A stretch of DNA of 62,586 nt from Deltaproteobacteria bacterium SM23_61 (GCA_001304105.1 LJUR01000002.1:1-62586), one strand, 5' to 3'; counted from the stretch's first letter, positions 29,672 to 39,965 are shown. The notes: a model not told the origin generated them from the sequence alone. Numbers and translations are program-made.

Positions 29672-29962
29672 TTATGTCCTCGATTCGGGCTTCGATATTG
29701 TTAAAAATTCACCTTCAGGTGTTTCCTGGCTATCGATAACCATTTCGTCTAGCACTGGGGCTAAATCGGTCCCTATAAGCAGTAGCTTCTTTCCCTCTTC
29801 AGTTGCCACGACTTGATCTCCTTCCCTTTCTTTGTCGAAAACCAGCTGCAACCGCTTTGGCTCCGAAGAAGAAGTAACAATCCTGATAGCCGCTTCTGGA
29901 TTACTCGTTTTCTTCAGTACTTCTTTCATCCTTTCTTTCGCATTTGTAGTCACGGTTATCAT
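29672..29962 (-). CDS. HesB/IscA-like fold protein lacking the Cys ligands
   Basis: MITVTTNAKERMKEVLKK...AIRIV...L.LVFD...D.VV pattern of the HesB/IscA family, with no cysteines. GGAGG RBS. Confidence 0.5.
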   Translation of the reverse strand: MITVTTNAKERMKEVLKKTSNPEAAIRIVTSSSEPKRLQLVFDKEREGDQVVATEEGKKLLLIGTDLAPVLDEMVIDSQETPEGEFLTISKPESRT

Positions 29963-30434
29963 GGGTCACCTCCCTGGTCTAGGCTTTTATCATTTTTAGA
30001 TTCACTTCACCGGCCTCTGATGATATTACTCTCTTGCGGTTCTTGGGTAAGTTAAAGTTGACAGAACTCAAACCATCTGAAAGTTACAGGACTTCAGGCA
30101 AGATGTCAGGGAATGAAGCAGATAGGAGGGGATATATCGAACCCCCAAAAAATTGCGGATTGGGGACTTCTCATAAAATATGATATTGTATAAGTATTAG
30201 TTAGTCAAGCCCCCTTTTCCGAATGTTTTTGCAAACAGGCCCTTTTCCGATAGCTATCAGAAAAAAATAAGCCTTTGCATGAACTACTGATCAAAACCCG
30301 CGAAATTTCTTTAAACTCCCGGATAACAAGTTCAGGAAGTACTTCACAAGCTCTATACCCAAAAAGCAAGGGCGATTAAGGGGCCACGGGCTTAGTCTAT
30401 TTTTTAAAAGAGAATTCTCCGGCCTATCATTGTC

Positions 30435-31580
30435 TTAGTCAATCCCGGTAGGTATATTTTCCTTGCGGTAAATGACCAGGCGATCACCGGGTTGGAGGTA
30501 CACCCTGGGGTCCAGGCGATTCCAGATGATGAGGGCTGATAGTGGGATATTAAACCGCTCGGCAATGGACGCAAGGGTATCCCCTTTCTTAACCACGTAG
30601 GTTCTTTCTTTTTCATCCACCATCAAATTCTTTAGAAGGGGCTGAAAACGAGCTTGAAAACCCTTGGAGGCCCCCCTGGGAAGCAGAATGCCATGGCGTC
30701 CGGCTGGTAGGTAATGGCCACGGATCTCGGGATTCAAATCCTTGATTACCTTAAAATGGGTGCTTGCTGCCTGAGCAATTAGTTTGAGGGAAACATTCTG
30801 AAAGAGGTCGATTTCGATGCGGTCGAAGGCAAGAGGTGGATAGTAGTCCTCGTCTGAAAGCCGAAAACCATATCGGGGGGGATCGGAGATGATCAGCTTG
30901 ACTACGACAATCCGCAGGACATAACGCTGGGTCTCGAGCGGCAGGTAAAGGTAATAGTAATTATCGACACCCTGCGTCACGATTGCGGCCATGAGTCCGT
31001 CTTCACCCATATTATAGGCGGCAGCAGCAAGCGTCCATGATCCAAAAGCCCCATGAAGATCTTTGAAGTATTTTATCGCCGCCCGGGTGGAGGCAAAGAT
31101 ATTTCTTCTCTCATCGATATGCTTGTTGACCACGAGGCCATATTTTCGGCCAGTGGCCTCAATGAATTGCCAAAACCCCTTGGCTCCCTTTCGTGAGCCT
31201 GCGTGAGGACGCAGAGCACTCTCAGCAATGGCAACGTATTTAAGGTCATCCGGCATTCCTGCCTCTTTGAGCTTTTCTTCAATATACGGGAGGTAGCGCC
31301 GGGAACGTTTCAACCAAAGAATAACCTGCGGCCGGTCCCATACTGTTAGCAGGAGCTCCTTCTCAAGCCGCTCCCGGACTTCTTGTGTTTCAAGCGGAAC
31401 TCCTTCACCACAAAAATCCAAAGGACCACTAATATTCAGAGACGAAACTAGGGATGGGAACGAAGAGGGGTTTAGACTTTGACCATGAACGTTTGACCAG
31501 GGGAAAAGCACTACACCCACTAGAATAATGGGAATCCATTTCCCGATGGCTACCCCCTTTCTCCAACCTGAGCTATCCAT
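30435..31580 (-). CDS. Lytic transglycosylase (SLT domain) with a C-terminal LysM domain (MltD-like)
   Basis: AIAESALRPHAGSRKGAKGFWQF (SLT catalytic Glu motif) and YVVKKGDTLASIAERFNIPLSALIIWN (LysM). Signal peptide present. Confidence 0.85.
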   Translation of the reverse strand: MDSSGWRKGVAIGKWIPIILVGVVLFPWSNVHGQSLNPSSFPSLVSSLNISGPLDFCGEGVPLETQEVRERLEKELLLTVWDRPQVILWLKRSRRYLPYIEEKLKEAGMPDDLKYVAIAESALRPHAGSRKGAKGFWQFIEATGRKYGLVVNKHIDERRNIFASTRAAIKYFKDLHGAFGSWTLAAAAYNMGEDGLMAAIVTQGVDNYYYLYLPLETQRYVLRIVVVKLIISDPPRYGFRLSDEDYYPPLAFDRIEIDLFQNVSLKLIAQAASTHFKVIKDLNPEIRGHYLPAGRHGILLPRGASKGFQARFQPLLKNLMVDEKERTYVVKKGDTLASIAERFNIPLSALIIWNRLDPRVYLQPGDRLVIYRKENIPTGID

Positions 31581-32342
31581 TCACATTCCTCATCTTTATA
31601 GCAGACTCTTTTTTATATAATCCTTGCTCTTCGGATGCACATTCAACAAATCAATCCCACGCTATTTATGGATGAAACTCGGCACCTTGGATGAATGAAA
31701 ATGGTTCTTGCATGAGCGGTCTGTGGGTTACAAGGCCTCTATTAGGGAAGCGCTGAAAGAGGCCCGCTTTTTCTCCGTAGGGCGAAATGCACAGCGTAAG
31801 ACACATTTGTGGCCGTGGCAGTTCACCGCCGAGGAAATACCCCCCCTCCTTCTCATTTTGTGCCTCAGAAGGTTAGAGGTTTTGTTTTTGGGTTTACCAA
31901 GCTACAGACAGGAGGGATAACACCAACCAAAAAATACTCTTATGGCAATCGGTAGTCAACGGGAAAATTGCCTCCCCAAGATGCCCTTATTTAATGGCCA
32001 AAATTGATAATTTCCATTTCAAGTAGTGCATTATGAAGGAAAATCCCTAAAACAACACCACAGGAAGTAATGGTCCCTGCTTGTCTTTACACGTTCTGTC
32101 AACGAAATTACCTGCTATTGCACCTAATGGCAGGGCCTTGGTGGCAGGGTTGAGGATTGAATCCTTTCCTCCGGTCCCATCCCCTGGAGATGCCTACGGG
32201 GTTCTATCCTAAAGAGATCCCTTTATATTCCGGGCGTAGACCTGATGAATGGGGATGAAGGCTCCACCAAGCCTACAGTTTGGGAAAGTCCTGAAGGCTA
32301 AGGATTATTGGTAGAAATCACGCATCCAAATGCAACAAATCA

Positions 32343-33263
32343 TCATTCATTTAAACCGAGCAATTCTCTGGGATTCTGATAAACCATCTGCCGAATCGCC
32401 TCCGGGTCCAGCCCATGATAATGAAGGAGGCCCGCAAAGAGTCGCAACATCTCAGGGGCAGGGGGTGTCCAACTGAAAAAAGCATCAGTGGCCAAGACAC
32501 ATCGATGATCTCCAATCTTTCTGATTACCTCAATGAATTGGGAAACTTTTACTACTTGGAGAAGGATATGGAGACAGGTGAGCTCAATATAAAATCCCAT
32601 TCCTGCAACCTGTTCAATTTCCTGTAGGGAAGCCCCAAGGGTTAGGGGATGAGTAAAAATTAACTTCTTGAATCCAACAGACTTGCAATATTCCGCAAGC
32701 TTCAGAGTCTCCCCGGGCGAAATATGACCCGTTCCCACAATCAGGTCGGCCTTTTGGGCGATTCCAATAATCTCCTGAACTTCCTTTTTCAGAGTTCCTG
32801 ACGGGTTGACCAAAATAATGCCTTTTTCAGGCGTCAGTTCCTGGTAAAAAGGAAGGTGCCTGCGAAAATATTTCCCCCCATGGTGTTCGATATCAAACCT
32901 GGCCCCCCAAGTCGGGAACCAGAGGACCTTGGCCCCCAGTTGAACGGCTGACTCGACCGCCCAGGGGCTTAACCCACCGACAGGGGGGTTAAGGGTTAGG
33001 CTTCCGAAAATTTTCACTGCGGGGAATTCTATCTGTAATGCATAGGCCCGCTCCATCGTGGGCCATAGATGGCTCTTTATTACGAATCCACCCATTCTCA
33101 ATTTCAGCGCCGCTTCCGCCCATTCTGGGTCTGTGACTCGCCCCTTGAACTCCAAGCTGACTTCCGGATATCCGTGGGCATGCAAATCTATAGCCCCCTG
33201 GATGAATCCATCCTCTATTCTCTTGGTGCCCAACACTGTTTCCGCAGCAAGAATACTGCTCAT
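32343..33263 (-). CDS. Amidohydrolase-superfamily (TIM-barrel metal-dependent hydrolase-like) protein
   Basis: AIDLHAHGYPE near the N-terminus, later GTGHISP and ATDAF motifs. The exact family was not determined. Confidence 0.55.
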   Translation of the reverse strand: MSSILAAETVLGTKRIEDGFIQGAIDLHAHGYPEVSLEFKGRVTDPEWAEAALKLRMGGFVIKSHLWPTMERAYALQIEFPAVKIFGSLTLNPPVGGLSPWAVESAVQLGAKVLWFPTWGARFDIEHHGGKYFRRHLPFYQELTPEKGIILVNPSGTLKKEVQEIIGIAQKADLIVGTGHISPGETLKLAEYCKSVGFKKLIFTHPLTLGASLQEIEQVAGMGFYIELTCLHILLQVVKVSQFIEVIRKIGDHRCVLATDAFFSWTPPAPEMLRLFAGLLHYHGLDPEAIRQMVYQNPRELLGLNE

Positions 33264-33643
33264 ACTTTATCTTCCGTCACCCGCTCTTTGGGAAAACCCT
33301 GCGGGCTCGCTATGATTGAAATGACTCGTTCCGGGCAGCCCTTGGATATCCGTCCTAATGATATTGAGGAAAGGAGAAATCAAAAATGTTAGGCTATCCG
33401 GAGCCGAATACGGCCCCCTCCCGTTTAAGTGTCATTGACCCTTTTGAGATGGCTCATTTGAACTACAATCTCATTCATCAGGGCAATTAATATCACAAAT
33501 TCCAAATCAAAAATAGGAAAAGGGGTCAGTCCATGAATTTAGGAATATCCCGTTCCGAGAAGGAATTATTCCTCTTTTCATGGACTGCCCCCTTTACTCA
33601 CCCTCGCCGCGGGGGCAGCGAGGGGAGGGGAAGCTCTGCGCGG

Positions 33644-33991
33644 TCAGCGTGCCGCGACGACGCGGATCTCGACCAGATACTTGGGGTGCGCGAGCCGCGC
33701 CTCGACACACGCCCTCGCCGGCGTCTGCCCCGGCACGACCCACTTGTCCCACACCGAATTTATCTCCTCGAAGTAGCGGATGTCGGCCAGCCAGATGGTG
33801 GCCATCAGCAGCTTCGACTTGTCGCTGCCACAATCCGCCAATAGTTTGTCTATCTGGTCAAGGATCTGGCCGGTCTGCGCCGCGGCATCCGGGGTCGGGT
33901 GCTCGGCGACGACGCCGGCGGTATAGACAGTGTCGCCGTGGACGACGGCCTGGCTCAGGCGTGGGCCAACTTTCTTGCGTTCGATGCTCAT
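33644..33991 (-). CDS. RidA/YjgF-family protein
   Basis: LSQAVVHGDTVYTAGVV...GQILDQIDKLL...ARACVEARLAHPKYLVEI. A local high-GC patch. Confidence 0.85.
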   Translation of the reverse strand: MSIERKKVGPRLSQAVVHGDTVYTAGVVAEHPTPDAAAQTGQILDQIDKLLADCGSDKSKLLMATIWLADIRYFEEINSVWDKWVVPGQTPARACVEARLAHPKYLVEIRVVAAR

Positions 33992-34431
33992 GCGTGCATT
34001 CCTCCCGAGGGATTCAACTCAACAGACCCCAAGTTGATAAGAACTCGATTTTGGGTGGGTTGAAAATACCAAAAAGGTAATCGTGTGTCAAGGGTTTCTG
34101 AGACTTTTGGCCTTTTGGTTTGCGTTGAAGCTTGAATCTCAGAACCGAACACCAAATGGAAACTACAACAAGTGGGGGCATGCCCAGGCTTGTTTAAGGT
34201 TATAAGTATGTGCCACTGTCTGCACTTGCCCAGGATTCAAGGAATGAAAAGTATCTCCAACCCTCGGTTACTGACCGGAATCTACACCTTCCGGGAAATT
34301 ATGTTGACCCACGAGTTCAGGAAGTACTTGATCCGATTGCCCATACCGCTAGACCTTTTCCACCCCCTCTCAAAACCATGACACCAATAAAAAAGGGCTG
34401 CAAGAATTAACTTGCAACCCCTTGTTATGAC

Positions 34432-34453
34432 TGGTAGGCGGTAGAGGAATTGA
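34432..34453 (-). repeat. 22-nt exact copy of the 3' end of tRNA-Val (att-like), with a homologous terminator-hairpin flank
   Basis: tggtaggcggtagaggaattga is identical to 39774-39795. The flank ccccttgt(t/a)atg plus the hairpin is also conserved. Confidence 0.85.
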
Positions 34454-34642
34454 CAATATCAAGATGATAAGGGGTTATTTTTACTTATGGTTAAAAGGCT
34501 TATGTCCACCGCATGGACGCTGAAAGCCTCCCCTGAGTCTTTAAACGCAGTCTGTGTTTGACACCATTAGGGCACCGGCAGCACCGGAAAACTGTTGAAC
34601 CCGCTGAAAAGCGCCTGCCGGCTTTTTGTGACTTCCTTTCAT

Positions 34643-34906
34643 TCAGCCCATGGCTTCTGCTAATGGCCCCTTCGGTTTTCCAATTCCTTTGAAATCGATG
34701 TAATGTCTGCTGCCCGATCGGATAGCTTCATTCACAATCACCACTGTTCCGATGTTTGTTTCAAACTGATGCTGGTTCATAGGCCAATACTTCTCTGTTA
34801 TGCCACTACCAGACCATTCGCGCAATCCAACGGAAGGGGGATTATAGTTTACGGTAACCGGTATTTCCAAGAATCCAGAAATCATGATGCCTTTCCATTT
34901 TCCCAT
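34643..34906 (-). CDS. Hypothetical protein (87 aa)
   Basis: ORF only, with no recognisable motif. Confidence 0.35.
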   Translation of the reverse strand: MGKWKGIMISGFLEIPVTVNYNPPSVGLREWSGSGITEKYWPMNQHQFETNIGTVVIVNEAIRSGSRHYIDFKGIGKPKGPLAEAMG

Positions 34907-35207
34907 CGTCCACTCTCCTCGCGTTTTTGAGTGATATTATAACCGATTGGCGCGGCGTACTCAACAATAATCCAGGATTCCCACCCTCTCCTTCAATGGA
35001 CCTTTTTGCTGGAAGGCGGTTTGATCATATACAAATTCAAGATTCTTTTCAAGACGTTCCATGAACCACCCCTGACCGTTCATCCACAGCAAATCTATTC
35101 TTCCGTTCTCAAAAGCGCCTGGCGAATCTTTCCTCTTGATTCGCAACTTCTTTTCCAATATACTCTCACTATCCAGCTTTATAATCCATCCAAACAGGAG
35201 GCCCAAA

Positions 35208-35507
35208 GTGGCTAAAAAACCCATGACCAAATCTCTGATCGTTTCCCATTTTGCGGGCAAGTTCGAGCTTTCCAAGAAGGCAGCAGCTGGAATCATTGAT
35301 GAGGTGGCAGCCTTGGCGGTTTCCGAAACCAAGAAGGCGGGATCCTTTACCCTTCCTGGAATTGGAAAACTTGTCCTGGTCAAGAGGAAAGCGCGTATGG
35401 GGCGTAATCCGGCTACGGGAGCAACGATTAAGATTCCCGCCAAGACCGTGGTGAAGATGCGAGTGGCGAAGGCGGCTAAAGAGGCGATTGTACCGGGGAA
35501 GAAATAA
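35208..35507 (+). CDS. HU/IHF-family DNA-binding protein
   Basis: LPGIGKLVLVKRKARMGRNPATGATIKIPAKTVVKMR (the HU beta-arm). The GTG start lies 7 nt after AGGAGG. Confidence 0.9.
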   Translation: MAKKPMTKSLIVSHFAGKFELSKKAAAGIIDEVAALAVSETKKAGSFTLPGIGKLVLVKRKARMGRNPATGATIKIPAKTVVKMRVAKAAKEAIVPGKK

Positions 35508-35593
35508 GGAAGCAGGGGGAATTCTCATCTCTGCGCTTGGAGATAACCATTCGTAAAAAAAGTATACAAAAAGCATAAGCGGAGGTTGTTTTT

Positions 35594-35794
35594 GTGCCAG
35601 AAGGAAAAGTGAAGTGGTTCAACGAGAAGAAGGGCTTTGGTTTCATCGAGCAGGATGGCGGAAAGGACCTTTTTGTCCATTATACCGCCATAACCAGTGA
35701 AGGCTTCAAGACCCTGTCGGAAGGCCAGCGGGTAAGTTTTGAGGTCGAAGAGACAACCAAAGGCCCCAAGGCTAAAAACGTCCAGGTCATTTAA
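35594..35794 (+). CDS. Cold-shock protein (CspA family)
   Basis: [27 protein letters not shown] carries RNP1/RNP2 of the CSD. Confidence 0.95.
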   Translation: MPEGKVKWFNEKKGFGFIEQDGGKDLFVHYTAITSEGFKTLSEGQRVSFEVEETTKGPKAKNVQVI

Positions 35795-35816
35795 TTATTC
35801 GGGATCAAGCCTAATG

Positions 35817-35848
35817 AAAAGGACATCTCGGTTTTGGGATGTCCTTTT
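35817..35848 (+). terminator. Intrinsic terminator after the csp gene
   Basis: AAAGGACATC-tcggttttgg-GATGTCCTTT followed by a T-rich tail. Confidence 0.7.
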
Positions 35849-35961
35849 CTATCTTCTAAAAACCTTCCGACAATACAGTCTCGCCCAAGGTCTCTTCGGT
35901 TGGTCATGCCCTTGAGGAAAGGATGATTTCTTTTCAATTCTTGATAAAATATAGGTCTAAA

Positions 35962-36279
35962 CTAATTTTCCTTTATAACGCAAACCCAATTCGGATAATC
36001 ATCAGCCTTCCCTTCATTGTTTTTCCAGTGGAGGGGTTGAAGGTTCTGGAGCTCATCTTTTCCTCCCTTGGAAATCGGCAAAATATGATCAACTTCCCAA
36101 CCGAATTGGCTATCCTTGCCAAAGGAAGATTTAACCATCACGGCACCGCAAGCATCTTTCCTGAATTTTTCGGGATTAGATCCAGCTATGGGGTGAGCTT
36201 TTCCCCAAACAGCTTCAATAATGGGGGTTCTAAATTGTTGGCCAAATTTATTCGTATTCCTTTCCCGTTCCATGCTCAA
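35962..36279 (-). CDS. Small stand-alone HNH endonuclease
   Basis: WEVDHILPISKGGKDELQNLQPLHWKNN (H-N-H motif). Confidence 0.85.
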   Translation of the reverse strand: MSMERERNTNKFGQQFRTPIIEAVWGKAHPIAGSNPEKFRKDACGAVMVKSSFGKDSQFGWEVDHILPISKGGKDELQNLQPLHWKNNEGKADDYPNWVCVIKEN

Positions 36280-36460
36280 CTCCTCCTTTTCTCCTGGTCC
36301 AAGATTGCTCCCCTTTTGGCTATTATATCCCTTTTTTATATCTTGGCTCTGGTTCTATTTCTATTCTCTATTAAATTATAGGGCAAATCGCAACGCTTGT
36401 CAGGGTATTTTTTGAAAAGTAAATGGCTAATTTTTGTATTCCTGAAAGATCGGTGATCTG

Positions 36461-38068
36461 ATGACTATGCGTGAGGAAATAGGGACTGAGGTAGTTGATG
36501 CGGCCCAAAGGTTGGAGGAGCAAATGAAGGTGGAACCCATCGATTCCGAGGAACAACCGGAACTAGCAACCGAGGACGTAAGAAAGGCGGTCAATCCCGT
36601 GCTTATGTACTTGCGCGCGATGAGTTCTGTTCCTCTGCTGGCGCGCGAAGAGGAGATAGAGATCGCCAAAAGGATCGAAGAGGGGGAAAAGGAAGTGATC
36701 GACGCGGTCCTATCTTCCCCTTTGGCCATCAAGGAGATCGTTCAGCTTGGCAAGCGCTTCAGGTCGAAGAAACTATGGGCCAACGAATTCCAGGGATCGG
36801 AGGAAAATTATTTTGTTCAAGAAGATTTCAATGTGCCGCCTACCCTTTCCCTAATCGACCGGATCAAGAAGCTAGATGAGCGATATCGGCAGGTTCAAGA
36901 AAAACTCGATAAAGGGCAAATCTCGGAGTCCAATCTGGTTCGGCTGAATAGGCAGCAGAGGAGATACAAAGGAAAGATTGTTTCGTCGCTGGAAGATCTG
37001 AATGGGCGGACAAAGTATGTCGATAAAATTACCCAAAAACTTAAAGGGCTAGCCGAGAAGGTGAAGAAAGCCGAAAATGAGATCCAAAAAGTCCAGGATC
37101 GGTGTAAGATACCTTTGGGTCAATTTCAAGACTTCCTCCAGATGATGAAGAAGCCCCAAGGGTTACGTGCGAGGATAAGCAAGTCGAGGCTGAGCAAGGA
37201 GGAGCAAGAGGAGTACCGCCGGGTGATTAAAAATGCCAAGCATAAGATTCGCCTTGTGGAGGAGGAATCCAATCTGTCCGTCGAGGAATTAAAGCAAACC
37301 ATTCGCGTCATAGAAAGCGGTGAGACAAAGGCCGAGTTAGCCAAAAATGCGCTAATCGAAGCCAATCTGCGTCTGGTCGTTTCCATCGCCAAAAGGTATG
37401 TGAATCGGGGCCTGCACTTCCTGGATCTGATCCAGGAGGGAAACATTGGGCTGATGAATGCTGTAGACAAATTTGACTATAAACGCGGTTATAGGTTCAG
37501 TACGTACGCCACCTGGTGGATTCGCCAGGCAGTCTCCCGGTCGATTGCGGATCAAGCACGGACGATTCGTGTCCCCGTGCACATGATTGAAAAGATCAAC
37601 AAGCTGCATCAAGCCTCGCGTTACCTCGTCCAAAGGCTGGGAAAAGAGCCTACATTCGAAGAGATTGGCGGGCATATGGGTATTTCCTCGGAAGAGGTGC
37701 GCAAGGTTGTCACTATTGCGAGGCAACCGATATCCCTGGAGACTCCCATCTCGGAGGAAGGGGACAGCGGTCTGATGGATTTTATTGAGGATAAGAGCAG
37801 AGTCTCTCCCGCAGAGGCAACAGCCCATCTAGACCTCACGGAGCAAACTCGTAAAATTCTACCTACTTTAACACCTAGGGAAGAAAAAATCTTGAAAATG
37901 CGTTTTGGGATCGACGAGAAAGGCGGTCATACTCTTGAGGAGGTAGGAAAGGTCTTTGACGTCACCCGGGAGCGCATCCGGCAAATTGAGGCCAAGGCGT
38001 TACGCAAGCTGCGCCACCCGTCCCGTTCCAAGCAGCTGAAGGTCATTTGGAAAGAGTGGCGATCGTGA
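36461..38068 (+). CDS. rpoD: RpoD-like (group 1/2) sigma-70 factor
   Basis: Region 1.2 is [31 protein letters not shown]. Region 2 is [34 protein letters not shown]. Region 4.2 is [35 protein letters not shown] content is lower than the backbone. Confidence 0.9.
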   Translation: MTMREEIGTEVVDAAQRLEEQMKVEPIDSEEQPELATEDVRKAVNPVLMYLRAMSSVPLLAREEEIEIAKRIEEGEKEVIDAVLSSPLAIKEIVQLGKRFRSKKLWANEFQGSEENYFVQEDFNVPPTLSLIDRIKKLDERYRQVQEKLDKGQISESNLVRLNRQQRRYKGKIVSSLEDLNGRTKYVDKITQKLKGLAEKVKKAENEIQKVQDRCKIPLGQFQDFLQMMKKPQGLRARISKSRLSKEEQEEYRRVIKNAKHKIRLVEEESNLSVEELKQTIRVIESGETKAELAKNALIEANLRLVVSIAKRYVNRGLHFLDLIQEGNIGLMNAVDKFDYKRGYRFSTYATWWIRQAVSRSIADQARTIRVPVHMIEKINKLHQASRYLVQRLGKEPTFEEIGGHMGISSEEVRKVVTIARQPISLETPISEEGDSGLMDFIEDKSRVSPAEATAHLDLTEQTRKILPTLTPREEKILKMRFGIDEKGGHTLEEVGKVFDVTRERIRQIEAKALRKLRHPSRSKQLKVIWKEWRS

Positions 38069-38169
38069 AAATATCGGCTCCTTTGCTGAGATCAATCCAA
38101 CCAAGTTCTCAGTTTCATGTAGCCTCGTCTCGTTGAGATCAGATCCCTTAAAACACCCATGATGGGGAG

Positions 38170-38436
38170 CTATTTTTTTGCGCCAGCAGCTTGACCCCGT
38201 TGAATCCTGAAAACACCAAGCTTAAGAATTTTCTGGCCGGCCTGGAGGATTCCTTCCAAGGGGCCCATATCAACAGCGGTGACCAGGAAAAGATGAACCG
38301 CTTCGTCCAGGGCTTTCCGGGCTTCATCGGGTGTCTTCCCGGAGCTCATGACATCCAAGGGCATGGCATGGGCGACAAATTGATCCCCTTCTTTCCGGAT
38401 TTGAAAGGTGTGTTCGATATCCTGAGAAGCTGGCAT
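38170..38436 (-). CDS. HicB-like (UPF0150) antitoxin-fold protein, orphan
   Basis: FVAHAMPLDVMSSGKTPDEARKALDEAVHLFL resembles the HicB N-terminal domain. No adjacent HicA-like ORF. Confidence 0.5.
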   Translation of the reverse strand: MPASQDIEHTFQIRKEGDQFVAHAMPLDVMSSGKTPDEARKALDEAVHLFLVTAVDMGPLEGILQAGQKILKLGVFRIQRGQAAGAKK

Positions 38437-38613
38437 TTCCCCCTCCTTACTCGCCGGATCTTAAGGGGGGATTCTACTAAAAAGAGGTTACAGCCCAAAA
38501 TCTGTAACCCCTTGAGAAAGGCAATCGGCATCTTCGGAGAGAAATCTACCTTGTTGCCGCAAGGATTCTATGGTATTCATAATGAGTATTTTAATTTTCC
38601 AGGGAGAGTGCGA

Positions 38614-38889
38614 ATGAACGTTCAGAAAATATTTGATGCGCTGCATGAGGATCAAGAGAATAGCGAATTGAGCATAATCTGCGGGGAGCTGGAGGAGCAA
38701 GGATACAAGGTCCGGCTTGACGGCAGGGATGTTACCTCAGCGGAAATTTTGGATAGCGATCATGAGGACCTTGAGGACAAAGTGGGTCCTCTGATTGTCT
38801 CTCTTTACAAGGACGGCTCTTTGGAGCAGGAGTTTACCCTGGAGTTTATTGATGACCACGAGGTCGTGATAGAGCGGAAAATCGAATAG
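38614..38889 (+). CDS. Small acidic hypothetical protein (91 aa)
   Basis: ATG at 38614 preceded by AGGGAGAG. The upstream part of ORF 38191..38889 is antisense to the HicB-like gene. Confidence 0.45.
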   Translation: MNVQKIFDALHEDQENSELSIICGELEEQGYKVRLDGRDVTSAEILDSDHEDLEDKVGPLIVSLYKDGSLEQEFTLEFIDDHEVVIERKIE

Positions 38890-39085
38890 GTCAGCCTTCC
38901 GTTATGCGTGTGATTCTCCATCCACGGATCTTTTAGACAATTTTTGGGCTTCGTTAAATCCATTTTCTTCTAAGCCAAGGATTGAAAACGGCCTTACGGT
39001 GAGGATTAATGAAGACCGCTCCCTCCTCATTTTTCAGGATATGCTATTCTTCCCTGACCTTGGCAACCCCGATTCAATGCCGCAA

Positions 39086-39652
39086 TTACCCATGTATTTT
39101 TTTGAGTAACCAGGCCATCCTTTGCCCGAGCGTTTTTACAAGCCGCATACCCTCTTCATCTTTTTCTACTTCTCCCCTCTCCCTCCCCATTCCCATCGCC
39201 CGACCAACAAGAATCATTTCTCCACTAAGGAAAAAATGGTTCATGCTGTCAATAGTATGAACTGCACCTGAGCGACGCACGGCAGCTACCGCAGCGCCGA
39301 CCTTGTTCTTAAACATCCTGCCATTGGCCCTAGAAACATAACCGGTGCGATCAATGAGGGCCTTCATTTCAGGCGTAACATCATTAAAATAAACGGGCGA
39401 CCCCAGGATAATCCCCTCTGCCCCGAGCATTTTCTCGATATACTCATTCGCTGCGTCATTCTTTACGGCGCAGCGCTGGTCCTTATTTTCAATACACTTA
39501 TAACAGGCGATGCAGCCCCGGATTTCCTTTTCCGAAAGTTGCACCAATTCGGTTCCGATGCCTTCTTTTTCGAGTTCGTTGAAAACACCATTGATGAGAA
39601 TCAAAGTATTGCCATCCTTTCTCGGGCTTCCGTTGAAGGCAACTACTTTCAT
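39086..39652 (-). CDS. Flavodoxin-like NAD(P)H-dependent FMN reductase / iron-sulfur flavoprotein-like protein
   Basis: MKVVAFNGSPRKDGNT... GCIACYKC ... ILGSPVYFNDV, typical of the NADPH-dependent FMN reductase/Isf family. Confidence 0.85.
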   Translation of the reverse strand: MKVVAFNGSPRKDGNTLILINGVFNELEKEGIGTELVQLSEKEIRGCIACYKCIENKDQRCAVKNDAANEYIEKMLGAEGIILGSPVYFNDVTPEMKALIDRTGYVSRANGRMFKNKVGAAVAAVRRSGAVHTIDSMNHFFLSGEMILVGRAMGMGRERGEVEKDEEGMRLVKTLGQRMAWLLKKIHG

Positions 39653-39723
39653 TTACCTTTCCTCCTTTTCGATTTTTTTGCTCATTTTCCAAATTCCGTT
39701 AGAAATCCGTTAGAAAAACCATT

Positions 39724-39763
39724 AAAAAAGGGGTTAGAAGCCTGGAAAATGCCTTCTAACCCC
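39724..39763 (-). terminator. Intrinsic terminator downstream of tRNA-Val
   Basis: Minus strand reads GGGGTTAGAAG-loop-CTTCTAACCCC followed by TTTTTT. Confidence 0.75.
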
Positions 39764-39773
39764 TTGTAATGTT

Positions 39774-39850
39774 TGGTAGGCGGTAGAGGAATTGAACCTC
39801 CGACCTCCGGTATGTGAGACCGGCGCTCTAACCAACTGAGCTAACCGCCC
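39774..39850 (-). tRNA. tRNA-Val (anticodon CAC), 77 nt with encoded CCA
   Basis: The cloverleaf folds by hand: acceptor GGGCGGT/ACCGCCU (G1-U72), D-arm AGCTCAGTTGGTTAGAGC, anticodon stem CCGGT/ACCGG with loop CU-CAC-AU, and T-arm GGAGGTTCAATTCCTCT. Confidence 0.9.
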
Positions 39851-39965
39851 ATAAAAGGGAGTGACTAAAGTCAGCGAAAGTGAGTGAAAACAAATTCAGG
39901 ATACAAAAAAAGTGGGAAAATGTCTAGAGGTTTTTTGAGGGGAGAGGGAGTCTCTCCAGCACCCC

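Noticed and set aside
32150-32200. tRNA-like T-arm (GGTTGAGGATTGAATCCTTTCC)
   Set aside because: It is only a short AGGAT/ATCCT hairpin. No acceptor, D or anticodon arms can be folded.
34961-35443. 160-aa minus-strand ORF overlapping the HU gene
   Set aside because: It overlaps a strongly supported HU gene on the opposite strand, and it has no RBS or motif.
38191-38613. N-terminal 141 codons of ORF 38191..38889
   Set aside because: This part is antisense to the HicB-like gene. A good RBS plus ATG at 38614 gives a shorter, non-overlapping gene.
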